Source: Hydrurus foetidus (Eukaryota). Taken from it: 64,000 nt of DNA. Below are positions 1 to 47,503 of this stretch, piece after piece; positions within the stretch are counted from its first letter, which is position 1, and every line of letters starts with the position of its first letter. The stretch is taken from assembly GCA_900617105.1 (NCBI GenBank), contig UYFQ01000652.1, positions 1-64,000 on the forward strand, in the 5' to 3' direction. The translations under genes and the position numbers were made by a program. The notes under the pieces are model-generated. The model was not told the origin of the DNA, ran no database searches, and saw nothing but the letters and a program-made list of their open reading frames with translations.

Positions 1-2
1 AT

Positions 3-1538
3 ATGAAACAGAACCCTACCTCAATGGTGGCAAGATGGTTCATTGCTATGCAAGAACTAGATTTTACCGTGGTATTCGTACCCAGTACTTCGAATGTTTT
101 GGCAGATGCACTGTCAAGGCTTTGTCCTAATCTGACAGAAATTGCTCTGCCATTACGAACAGAAGAATTGGAATTACTTCCTACTTCATCATCGTCTTTC
201 ACTGTATCAGCTCTGACGGTCATAGAACCAGCTTCAGACGATCAGTTAGAATACATTCAAATGTGCCACAATGCAATTGTCGGTCACAACGGCGTAGACC
301 GTACCCTTACTCGGTTGTTTAGTTTACAACAAGTATGGAAAAACATGAAACAACATGTACGTACGTTCATACAGAACTGTCCGTGTTGTCAAAAGTTGAG
401 TGCAAAAGATCCTAAGATCAATGCGTCTCATTTTGCAACTTCAAATTATGCTATCTTCGATACGCTAAATGTTGACTATATTGGTTCATTTCCTGACAAA
501 GGTTATATCCTAGTCATCATCGATACATTCACACGATGGACAGAATTGTTCTGGTGTGCAGACGCAGATGCTAAATCAGCAGCTGACTGTTTGCTCGCGC
601 ATTTTGGTCGATTTGGATCACCAAATATGATTAGATCTGATCGAGGATCACATTTCGCAAATGAATTGATCAAAGAATTCTTAGATCTTTGTGGGACACC
701 ACATAATCTCACCCTTGCTTACTCGAAACAAGAGAATGCAATTGTTGAAAGAGTCAACAAAGAGGTGAATAGACACTTAAGAGGTTTAGTTTTTGATAAA
801 CAAACCCTTGAAGGATATGCTAAGTCAATCCCATTCGTGCAACGTATCATTAACGGTTCAGTTAATAGACGCACAGGTGTCTGCCCCGCTCATTTATTGT
901 TCGGAAACAAACTTGATTTGAATCGTGGTATTCTCACTCCACACTTAAGTGTTGGAACACATTCAAGATCAACGTACATATCAGATTTGATAAGTGTACA
1001 AGACAAAGTACTTGAAACTGCGGTTCAAACTTTGTTAAAAGCGGATGCTAAAAACGCCGCGTCAGCTGAAACAGCGACTGTGTTCCCCGTGGGGTCATAT
1101 GTCTTATGCCGATACACTGATCGACCTCCAACTCGATTACATACCAAGTGGCATGGCCCTTACTGTATTGTCTCCTTTAAGGGGTCCGAGTACGTTCTCG
1201 CTAATCTTGTAAATCACAAGAATCTTGTAAATCACAAGACACGAAGTGTTCACGTCAAGAATTTGAAAATATTCAATTATGACCCAGAGGTAGATATACC
1301 TGCTGACACTGCTCGTCGCGATTACATGGAGTTCGTGGTTGAGAAAGTTCTGGGTCACGCTGGTGACACCAAGAAACCGACTACAATGTCGTTCCATGTT
1401 AAATGGCTCAACTACGATGACTCTCATAATACATGGGAGCCGTGGAAATCACTACGGCTCTGTGAAGCACTCCATGATTATTTACGGGATAACAAAATGA
1501 AACATTTCATTCCCAAAAACATTGAGACATCAGCCTAA
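3..1538 (+). CDS. Ty3/gypsy pol C-terminal part: RNase H end, integrase (HHCC, DDE core, GPY/F), chromodomain; 5'-truncated by the window edge
   Basis: ARW...NVLADALSR (RNase H end); H-x4-H...CPCC zinc finger; VDYIG / RSDRGSHF / VERVN integrase triad; WHGPY; terminal EFVVEKVL...FHVKWLNYDDSHNTWEP chromodomain. RH-then-IN order is the gypsy arrangement. Confidence 0.95.
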   Translation: MKQNPTSMVARWFIAMQELDFTVVFVPSTSNVLADALSRLCPNLTEIALPLRTEELELLPTSSSSFTVSALTVIEPASDDQLEYIQMCHNAIVGHNGVDRTLTRLFSLQQVWKNMKQHVRTFIQNCPCCQKLSAKDPKINASHFATSNYAIFDTLNVDYIGSFPDKGYILVIIDTFTRWTELFWCADADAKSAADCLLAHFGRFGSPNMIRSDRGSHFANELIKEFLDLCGTPHNLTLAYSKQENAIVERVNKEVNRHLRGLVFDKQTLEGYAKSIPFVQRIINGSVNRRTGVCPAHLLFGNKLDLNRGILTPHLSVGTHSRSTYISDLISVQDKVLETAVQTLLKADAKNAASAETATVFPVGSYVLCRYTDRPPTRLHTKWHGPYCIVSFKGSEYVLANLVNHKNLVNHKTRSVHVKNLKIFNYDPEVDIPADTARRDYMEFVVEKVLGHAGDTKKPTTMSFHVKWLNYDDSHNTWEPWKSLRLCEALHDYLRDNKMKHFIPKNIETSA

Positions 1539-1867
1539 GTTGCTGATCTCGAACGTATTATCTTTTGAAGATTTTTCCTAATTTTTCCCTCTATGAGGTT
1601 TTTATGGTTTTAGTCAGTAAAAATCTGACATAATTACGTATCGAGGTCTCGTGCGCAAGTACATGGTACTAGGCACCCACCTTGTCACCTTGACCGACCC
1701 ACCACCCAGTCTATTTGTATAGATTTTTCTTTTTTTTTATATACATTTCAATGTATTATGAGATTTACATATTTGTAATCTTTTTCTTTATTCTCCCTTT
1801 TGTTAGTTTTAGTTGTATTAGATTTTTGTACAAAACGTGGTGGTCGCGTCATAGGTTCTTTTTCTTC

Positions 1868-2065
1868 AGAAAAAGATAAGTGGGGGTGAAGTGGGGGCTA
1901 TACCGGACCTAGTCCCGATCCATCCGATCCTTCCGCCTACTGTACACATACATCTCTAGCGCAGCTGCTAGCTAGCTCTAGCCTACTCGTAGAAGTTATC
2001 CTAGCTTCTAGCTCGTAGCCTGTAACTAACTAACACCTTCTTTCCATCGACCTACTTCCTATCTG
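1868..2065 (+). mobile_element. Polypurine tract and probable start of the 3' LTR of the gypsy element (truncated)
   Basis: Purine run agaaaaagataagtgggggtgaagtgggggc (1868-1898), then pyrimidine/CTAG-rich non-coding DNA; no second LTR in the window to confirm. Confidence 0.55.
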
Positions 2066-2069
2066 GACT

Positions 2070-4919
2070 ACACTAGCGTCAACTACGCTACATTCCGACT
2101 TGACTGGGCGGTTACCTGTCACGTCCCGCACTGGGGCGCAATACATGTTCGTCTCCGTACTGGACGGCTACATCCATATCGAACCAATGAAGACGCGCCA
2201 TCATCAAGAGTATATTGCTGCATACAAGCGCACATTAAACTTTTTCGGACGTCTTGGCCGACGCCCATCATTTCAAAGACTTGACAACGAAACCTCTGCA
2301 CCTCTCGAGGCCTTCGCTATAGCAAACAACATAGACATACAGTACTGCCCCCCACACACCCATCGGTCACTCAAGGCGGAGCGTGCCATTCGCACCTTCA
2401 AGAACCACTTCATTGCTACACTGTGCACAGCGGCGCCAGATTTTCCACTCAATTTATGGGACGACATGTTGCCCCAACTTGAGATATGTCTCAATCACCT
2501 ACTACCGTACACTCCCAATGTCACGGTGTCCGCATACGCCGGTATACACGGTGGTGCATTTGACTTTGCCAAACATCCCATTGCACCAATAGGTACTCGC
2601 ATACTCATTCACGACAAACCTACTTCACGCGCGTCGTGGGCGCCTCATGGCGTCCCAGGATTCTATCTTGGACCAGCCCTACAGCACTATCGCTCCTACC
2701 GTGCATGGGCAACCGCCACTAATACTGTGCGCATCACAGACACTGTCGCGTGGTTTCCTCATGACACAGCTATGCCGGGCCCCACCATCCACGATATACT
2801 CATCCGCACCATCGATGACTTGCACGTTTCTCTCACTAAATTTTCAGCCGCCGCCCCTAATCTACGTAAGACAGCACAGCCGACATCACTCATCACTACC
2901 ATCGCCGACAATTTGCGCACAATCGCCAACATGCACATCCCTACACCTACCCAAGTTTCCTCTCCTCCTGCAGTGGGTATCACAGACCCTGCCGCAGAAC
3001 AGAGGGTGGTTACCCCACAACACGCGCACTCCTCCGTTCCAGATGCCGACACCAGTGCACACGGTCCCAACCGTCTATTCACAGCTCCACCAGTCCGTCC
3101 GACAGTTCCATTACCTCCTACGCTATATGCACCGCCCGTCGCCAACAATGCACTCAACCTCGATGATGCCGGCCAACCTCTCACATACGCGTCGGCAAAG
3201 GCCGGCAGCAATGCCCCCCAGTGGCAAATCGCCGAGACAGAAGAACTCGACCGCCTCCTCCGCACTGAAACCATCAGACCAATGTTCGTTGCCGACCAAC
3301 CTCTACAGCGCCGACGCGACACCACCTACTACAATCCTCAGACGAAGGAAAAAGAAACCACCTCTGGCGAACGTACATTTCGCATCAGAAGCACGATAGG
3401 AGGCGACAGAGTCAACTATCCCGGACCCACCACAGCGCGCACAGCAGCCATGCCACTTGTAAAAATTCTTATTCACTCAGTTGTTTCTGACAAAGCTCAG
3501 TGGCTCACCATTGACATAAAAGATTTTTATCTTAACACACCTTTACCCCGCCCTGAATACTTACGAATTCCGTCGAAGTTTCTCACATCTACCATCATAA
3601 CAGATTATAAACTAAGCCCTTATTTACACAACAATGCAATCCTTTTCGAAGTCAACAAAGGCATGTATGGCCTCCCACAAGCCGGACTGCTTGCGCAACA
3701 ACGCCTTCTCCAACATCTATCACTGCATGGCTACCATCAGACAGACACATCCTGCCTCTTCCGACATGAATCTAACGGCACCGTTTTTTCCCTCGTCGTC
3801 GACGACTTTGGCGTCAAATACACCGACAAAAAGGGCGCCGATCATCTTATTCATACCCTTCAAATGTTATATCCCATCACCGTTGACTGGTCTGGCGCAA
3901 AGTACCTAGGATTTTCTATTGCCTTTGACAGGACACTACACACTGTCACGCTCACCATGCCCCACTACATAGACAAAGTTCTACAACGCTTTGCTCCATC
4001 CATCACACACGGTGCCAACTCGCCTGCTGTGTACATTCCTCCACACTATGGGGTCGGCATACAGACACCCACACTCGACACTAGCACACCGCTATCTTCG
4101 GCAGAAACCACCACGCTGCAAGAACTGGTTGGCTCCCTCTTGTACTATGCACGTGGCGTCGATGTCACCATACTACCTGCAGTTACTCATCTCGCATCGC
4201 TCCAAGCGCACCCCACACAAAATGTCTTACAAGCGTCCCGACGCCTGCTTGCCTACTGCGCTAGATACCCCAACAATGCACTTCGATATCATGCTTGCAA
4301 TATGGTTCTTCACATCCAATCTGATGCATCGTACCTATCTCGACCTAACGCACGATCAGTCGCAGGGGCCATCTTCTACCTCGGCAATGCCGACCAACCT
4401 ACACACATCAATGGCTCAGTACACTCACTCAGCACTATCATACCAGCAGTAGTCGCTTCTGTAGCCGAGGCTGAATACGCCGCACTCTTCCTTGCCGCCC
4501 AAGACTGGGTATGGCTTCGCCAAATTCTTAACTCTCTCGGGTACCCTCAAAATCCAACTACCATTCTCTGCGACAATCAGTGTGCTGTCGGCATCACTTT
4601 AGACACCATCAAGCCGAAACGCACTAAGAGCATCGACATGCGCTTCCACTGGATACGGGACCGCATCGCCCAAAATCAATTCATCGTCACCTGGCGCAAA
4701 GGCGCCGACAACCACGCAGATTTCTTCACTAAACCTCTCCCTGTCCACGTACATCAGTCTATCATGCCCCTCCTAGTGCATATTCCTCCAGCACCTCCTA
4801 ATGCACTACTCACACCGTCAGCAACCCGAGCGGTCAAATGGCAAAAGAAGCCTCCAGACAGGTCTGGTAGCACAGCCCATACATTGGATAAACCGTCTGG
4901 GCGGCGGAGTGCTGTCTAG
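2070..4919 (+). mobile_element. Ty1/copia pol fragment (integrase core, RT, RNase H) with an open frame; gag/protease and LTRs missing
   Basis: HSDLTGRLP / RLDNE / AERAIRTFKNHF integrase; IDIKDFYLNT, KGMYGLPQAG, LVVDDFG RT; SDASY, AEAEY, CDNQ, ADFFTK RNase H. IN-RT-RH order is the copia arrangement. Confidence 0.95.
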
Positions 4920-4969
4920 AATAAGCACGTCATGGTCAAAACCGAAAAGGGGAGGGGGGGGGGGGATTT

Positions 4970-6012
4970 TTACGAAACTTATTGCTTTTAACGAAACTTC
5001 ACTTGAAGGTTAAAGAAAGTCTATTTCTCTGTTGTTTCTGCGTCTGCATGCATCATTCGACAGTTTGCGTTACTGCACAAGGCCCGAAGACATAAACAAG
5101 TCGTTATCAATCATAAGTTACATTATTATTTACATAATTTTAGAACATCACTTCATTACTCTCGTATCTACTTTCCATTTCTGCTTCTATTATCTGCCTG
5201 CAATAAAAGATTAATGTTACTAAAACTGTTGCAAGGAAGAGATGAAAAATCACCTTTGCCATGCATTTGAGTAAATTCCTCATCAGCTTGACTAACATAA
5301 CCATTTCTTGTCTTCTTGCACTTTTTATTCCTTTTCTTTGATCCTGAAATTAAATCGCTCTTAACGTCATTATTCTCTTCATCCTCTTCTTCATAGCCTT
5401 CCTCTTCTATTTCATTGTTCTCCTCATCATTCCGTCGACATCGGCCACGAGCGGCAATATCTGCTGAATGTTTAATATTGATCGCAAACCATCGTTTGCA
5501 TCTGACATCTGAGAGGTCTCCATCTCGTTTTCAATTACGCGGAGATTGGAATTTTTCATTAATTACGGTCCTGGTTCCGGTCGGGCAGGAATTTAAATTT
5601 TCCAGGTCCAGGGATCTCCTCACCCCAAAAAATAGAAAACTAAACAATATATCAGTAATACGCTCAGAATCACGATCAGACCTTTATTTAAGGAGAAAAA
5701 TCGAAAAAACGGTGGCGATCTGGGTTCCTTTCGAAAATCTGATTGCAGTGATATTCATTTTTCTGCTTTTTTTTTCCAGGAAGTCTTTTTTTGAGAAGAA
5801 AATCTAAAATTTCCCCAGAATATGGAAGAACTGCCTGTGCATGCTTCGCAAATATAAATTATGAGCAAAATGAGGTGTGGATGCATTCACTTGACGTTAA
5901 CTCAGGATATTTCAACAGTGGAATCTCTTATTTTTACGCATCAAAAAGTGTTTTTCAGTTCATTTTAAGACCAAAAATCCTGAAACTTTTCCAAAACTTG
6001 AATTACTGACCT
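4970..6012 (-). mobile_element. Degenerate DNA-transposon 5' portion (subterminal region plus decayed acidic N-terminal coding exon)
   Basis: 5530-5755 is clearly homologous (inverted) to 61160-61370 upstream of the hAT transposase. The minus strand reads NDEENNEIEEEGYEEEDEE...KKRNKKCKK then a GT donor; downstream frames have stops. Boundaries approximate. Confidence 0.5.
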
Positions 6013-6460
6013 AAATATGAGTGCCCAACGTGCTAGATGAGCAACGCACATGCCTAGCCGACAGCTCTATCTATATATATGGTTGTTTGGTGAAGTTTCG
6101 TGTCTCCCCAAAAAAATCGTGATTTTGCCGGAGGATGACGCGCTTATTCTAGACAGCACTCCGCCGCCCTGGAAGGTGCGAAAATTATCGGTTCACCTAG
6201 GATCCCCGACGACACCCCTGTTACTACCACCCAACCCGAGGATTGAACTAGCGGCCCCTCGACTGCGACCGAATAAACCACGTCAACGCTCTTTGTTGAC
6301 ACTATAACATATACACTCTTTCCTAGAATTCGCCAAAAGAAGACCACCCGCTTCATCAGCGACCAGCTCAGCCCATGTTTCACATAGTCCCGTCTAACGC
6401 GACGGGTGCGGAGGATTCTCGCACTTATTCAGTGCGCCGACACCCCTACTACCGAAAGCT

Positions 6461-6532
6461 GAATCTCACTGGGACTCGAGCCGGCGGCCTTTCGATTACA
6501 ATTGGTTGTTTTAACCAACTGCGTCAACACTC
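6461..6532 (-). pseudogene. Degenerate tRNA-like sequence (tRNA pseudogene or SINE head)
   Basis: Minus strand TGACGCAGTTGGTTA (A-box-like) ... TAATCGAAAGGCCGCCGGCTCGAGTCCC (variable loop plus B-box-like) at tRNA spacing; stems pair poorly, so not a functional tRNA. Confidence 0.4.
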
Positions 6533-6603
6533 GCTGCGTATTCGACGAAAAATTCCGTATAAATCCGTCACACAATCACGCACCTTATCTGTTTGAGAGG
6601 GTG

Positions 6604-6729
6604 TGTTGATCAGCGTACGTTACTCAGTTCGTACAATCCGCGTCGTACGCTACTAGATTCAAACACATGCAGTGCAGTCACAGTATCTCATAGTGAATTT
6701 CTCATTCCACACATAATTTAATTCCAACA
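6604..6729 (+). mobile_element. Short copia-type LTR (126 bp) preceded by a polypurine tract
   Basis: gagagggtg followed by TGTTG...CAACA inverted termini. Confidence 0.6.
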
Positions 6730-7093
6730 CTCGTGAAACACGTAAATTCGTTTCACTTTTGGTACGCAATCAAATCTGCGTGATCAACAGCCGCCACGGC
6801 AGTACAGGTTCTCTGGAGCAGCAGGAGTAGGAACCGCGATCGAAGGCAGGCTCGGAGTGATGGAGCCTTCCTTGAGCGGGGAATTGTCAATGATACAAAA
6901 CGCCGATGCCAGCCGTAACAATTCAGATGTCCCGCCATGCGTCAGAACTGCTCTTTCGATTGAAAGCCCAAGTGGCTGTTGTAGCAACGCGCCTTGTGAT
7001 TATTCACTCATCGGATACAGTATGTTACACAACTTTCGAAATTCACTGACGTAAAAGCAATCTCTCAAATCTTTTCTTTCTCTCTTTTTTACA

Positions 7094-8000
7094 TTGGAAG
7101 GAACTTCAGCATCTTCGTCAACTGGGGTGTTGCTGCCGAACTACGCGATGTTACCAGCGTCGCTACTTCAAACATTGGAGCATGCAGCATTTGTTTCAGT
7201 AACGTCCACCGACGAAGCAGGAGAATTCTATGCGATGATGTTGGCCAAGTCCTTTGCTGCCGTCGTAGTGGAACATAATTCGACGATAGTGTTACCAGTC
7301 ACTCCCCTGCAGAATGCACAAGCAATCGATTTCACATATCTGGCTGCGAGCAAGTCGGTCTTTATTGCCCTGCATGAAAAGCCGTGGACGCGAATGACAT
7401 ACGGCCAATGCGTCGCATACTCGAGCGGGACGGTGGACATGCCCATTCCGATCGACGGATTGGTCAAGTTCCTGTCGCCAACCAACTTTATCATCGCTTC
7501 ACCCCGACTTCTGGAGGCGATTGAAGCAGCAACAGGACCAGATATACAAGTGAATACAGATGAAGAGGCACTTGCAAAGCGTCCGTGTCTTCGCCCGCTG
7601 GTGGAAGGGGGGGAGCAAGAGGACGACACTGGAGATAAGCTGAAAGGTACGTCGACGTATCTGTTGGATCTGGATGGAGTGAAGCACTCAACTAGAAATA
7701 AGACCGTCAACCCGCAGCGGGGACGTGATCTATACTTCGTATTCCGGGCGATGGACAGAGAAAAGTGGGATTATGCTATCAGCACGGACTTGGTCTTGCA
7801 ACCAGAAAATTGCAGGAGCATGATTTGCGAACAGCGTGATACTCAGTCAGGCGAGAGGCACTCAGCGTTTATCTCCTGCAGTCTCATTAGCAGAATCCAA
7901 AGGCTGCGGTTCTTCTGCATAAAAAGAAACTAGAGCTTCTACTGATCGGATCAGTGTTGGTCGAGTGCACTACCGACCCCACCCTCTCGCTAGACGATTT
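7094..8000 (+). pseudogene. Unidentified protein-coding-like fragment (279-aa ORF, no upstream ATG, probable frameshift near 7920), cut by the neighbouring copia
   Basis: Long intronless protein-like ORF among TE debris; another frame continues KKLELLLIGSVLVECTTDPTLSLDDF; no motif recognised. Confidence 0.35.
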
Positions 8001-8019
8001 CGTCACGATCGATAAAAAT

Positions 8020-10311
8020 TCCAATAGAACGCTGTAGTGCGAGTGAATCTAGCAATGTACGCCGTATGGTGACGCGACATCATCGGTTCAGCATGGATGT
8101 ACCCATCCATTTCCGATATGAGAATATATTTTGCAACGCTATGCGCTCTTACTGGGAAACGGCCATTGAGGTCTGCACTGACCGTATGGGGGAGCGGCAA
8201 GACTTTAACGTAGAAATGACTAGCTGACTCAGCAGTGAGATACGGCTGAGGGATCATTATTCCGTTAGAGTTGGCATCGACATCTTTGACCGGATGAGTT
8301 GTGTGAACAGACAATTTGGTGGAATCTACGCCTTGTCGGTGCTGGTTGAGGTGACCTTTTGCTGTAGCCATTGTGTGCGGTGGATGAGCGAGAACTAAAG
8401 CGGGAGTGATTCGCGGCCATGAGGAGAGGTAACCCGAGCGAATGGCATGAATGAAAGTAGAATAAACCGGGCTACCAAGAGAAGCATGGACAAATGAGAC
8501 GAAGGCTGCATCTGAGTAAGGTGAGACGCATTGCATTGCGGATGTGCGGGAACGGTGAGTTTTATTGTGGGAAGTTGAGGTAGCTCAACGAACCACAATT
8601 TTGCTGTGGAGTGTTTGTGACCCTTCAGAACAGTAAAATCTTTGTATGTAATGTCGAACTGGGTGGCTGTAAATGTTGCTACACAACCTGCATTGCATAA
8701 TGTATGCAGGGCTGCGTCGGGAAAGACGTAGGCTGGAATGGGTGTAGGCAGATTATTGAAGGAAAGGAAGCCACAAAAAGTTGCTCGTATGGTTGTTTCG
8801 TTGGGTAGAGCCACCGAGATGGGTTCTAGTGTGGAAGTGAGAGCGATTACCGATGCTTCGGATTGGCGCACTGAAAGATTCGTCGATCCAGTGTCGCTGC
8901 ATGCCATCTTTGTTTGAAATGAGGCTGGAGAAAAAAGGGCCTTGGAAATGTCTGATACGTTACTTACAGTAGATCCAGTGACAGCAGGCACATTAATTTT
9001 CAAGCCATTTAGTCACAAGCGATGGGTTGATCCGCCTGGCACAGCAGTGTGGTGAAGTGCTTGGCGAGTGGCCTCAGTGAAGTCTTTTGCTACTGGACCG
9101 TATGGCATTTTGTGGCAATCAGTGCCAGCATGCGAATCATATCCGTGTGCAAAACAGTAAGAGCGAGGAGATATAGGAGGTGCCGTGGGCACTGGCAATT
9201 GGCCGCTCCGACCACCCCGGTTGCGGGAACGTCGGTTAGCAAGAGGAATGACTGCGGCAGCCGCAGCTGTAGCAAGTGCAGATATGAACAGTGGCGATGC
9301 TAATAATAAGGCAGAGATGTCGGATACAGGATGAGGTCCAACGTCAGCAGAAGCAGCTGTGTACCCCATGTCTGTTGTCGTTTGGATGAAATTGGGTGCA
9401 TGTAGTGTGATGTGTCGAACGTTTGTGTGGCAGTGCGCGGGTGTGCTGTAAGATAAGAATCAATGGCTTTTTGAATAGGAAGTAAATGTGCTATCCTGTG
9501 CGAAGAAAATCACATTTTTGCAGCTCCAGAACTCTTTGTCCTTAAGCAGCGAGTTGCTCGAATATGAACCTTTGATCCGCGGCAAAACCGGCAAAATTCA
9601 TCGCTGTGTCTAGTTTATGAGCCAGTTGAGTATACAGAAGTTTGTAGTCTATTGAAGTTAACGTCCCATATTGTGTGCGTAGATGTGTCATGATATCCAA
9701 AGGAGTGATTCGTCCCATGCTGAGAATTGGGTCGGATAATTCATTACGATCTGCCGCTGGAAGCGCGTCTTTGAGTCGACGGGTGAGGTGTAGGACACCG
9801 GCTGCGACTTTGTCGAATTCCTTTGTGCGGTAATCGAACAGTCGCCACGCATTCGCATTGTCAGCTGGAGGTAACGGTGGCGTCAGGATGTCGCGTGGAA
9901 GCAATACAATATCATCACCGTTGGCAACTGCATTTCCTCGGAGCTGCTGCCAAGTTTCGATGGTGGCCACGAACGATAGTAATCCATGACGATGTGTCAG
10001 AAACCCATTGTCGAGGCATACGGAGGCGGCATGATCGTAGACTTGCCTTTGAAATTCAGGAAAATTTTCCTTTGTGATCGCTATGAATGGAAGCGATGTC
10101 GCCATGGATGGAAGCGACGTGTCAGTCATAATCTTAACTGTTGATCTCTGTGACAAACGTGTAAATCGATTGAGACAACTTTACGAATGTTGAGATGACT
10201 TTATAATGGAAGTGAGGTAACAGATTGCAATGTAGACTACGATGCATTGAAGTCATGAAGATCGTCGTAGACCGCTGTGCGCATGCATGAGTTGATAAGG
10301 ATATATGAACA
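8020..10311 (-). mobile_element. Degenerate Ty1/copia 5' half: 124-bp 5' LTR (10188-10311), gag, protease, start of integrase
   Basis: Minus-strand LTR TGTT...CAACA; gag HLRTQYG and YCFAHGYDSHAGTDC knuckle; SDTGST protease; FVHASLGSP...TAKGHL; SADLNGRFP...DGYIHAEPM closely parallels the 2100-4919 integrase; several frameshifts and stops. Confidence 0.9.
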
Positions 10312-10380
10312 TGTAGACTGTAGACTGTAGACTGTAGACTGTACAGTAGACTGTAGACTGTAGACCGTAGACTCTAGACT
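10312..10380. repeat. (TGTAGAC)n heptamer tandem repeat
   Basis: About 9-10 slightly varied copies directly abutting the LTR end. Confidence 0.9.
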
Positions 10381-10557
10381 TGGGACTGCAGAGTGATCTT
10401 CTTGTTGTAATGGTCGATTGGGAAAGAAGACAGGGGTTGCATTTCCTGCTCAGCAATCTCAGATCGTCTGCCAGGTTCCTGTCAGGCTCAAACACTGGCA
10501 ATAGCATAGTGGCGCGCTGGCGCGTTTTAAAAGAATCAACTTGGACCTGTCTTTGCA

Positions 10558-46585
<36,028 letters not shown>

Positions 46586-47503
46586 TCACAGTCACAGTCA
46601 CAGTCGTACTCATAACGATAGTCACAGCCAAGCAGCAGTCACCATCCAATGTGCCATACTGTTGCCGCTGAGTGGATGACTCCTAGACTGACTGCACGCG
46701 TAGTACAGTCAGGGGAGTCTCCCCAAAGCAAAAAGAAATGGAAAAATGGAGATGCAACAGGGTCAATGCACCCAATTGATCGCGCCAGCCACACAGTAGT
46801 CGGCACAACATCATATCACATCATATTATACTACAACACATCACATTACATTACATAATAACATATCACATCACAACGTATCACATCACCGCCAAGTCAT
46901 GTATTGTTTTCGATGGGACTGGGCGGTAGTAGAAGGAAGGAGAGTGGGAAGCAATGTGGGAATTCGTCTGCAGCAACCAACCAATCTCACTGCCATGCGG
47001 TCGAGTCGAGTCGCACGAACATACTTGTTTCTAGCGATTAATCTTTATTTGTCTGTCTGTTTGTTCTTTTGTTTTCATAACTCTTTTCGTTTAACTTTCA
47101 TATTGTCAAATTGCACTATTCTACTCCCCACCGCATCAATTTGCAATCTTGATTGCGACCATGATATGATACGGTAGCTCTCCTATCGTGTTGCTGATCT
47201 CTCTCACTCTCTGTTGCCCAGTGGAGTCCAACAGACCAGACCATGCTGTAGATTCCGTCAAAAAGGCAGTTACTAAGATGGCCATAGAAGTTACAGATAT
47301 AGTTCTGCCAATCGAAACAATTCTCTGACTGGTTCGTTCTCAAAAATTACACTTCAGCTTTCACTGTTCTTATTACATATGTAACAATTTGACAAATTTA
47401 TTTCAATGCGATGTCTACGTACTCGAAATCAACACAGCACAGCAGGATGCTTTTCACGCGCACATCTATTCTATTCCACCTGTCAGACATCAGCCGAGAA
47501 GAC

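Noticed and set aside
10312..10380. Interstitial telomeric repeat
   Set aside because: The TGTAGAC unit does not resemble TTAGGG/TTTAGGG-type repeats.
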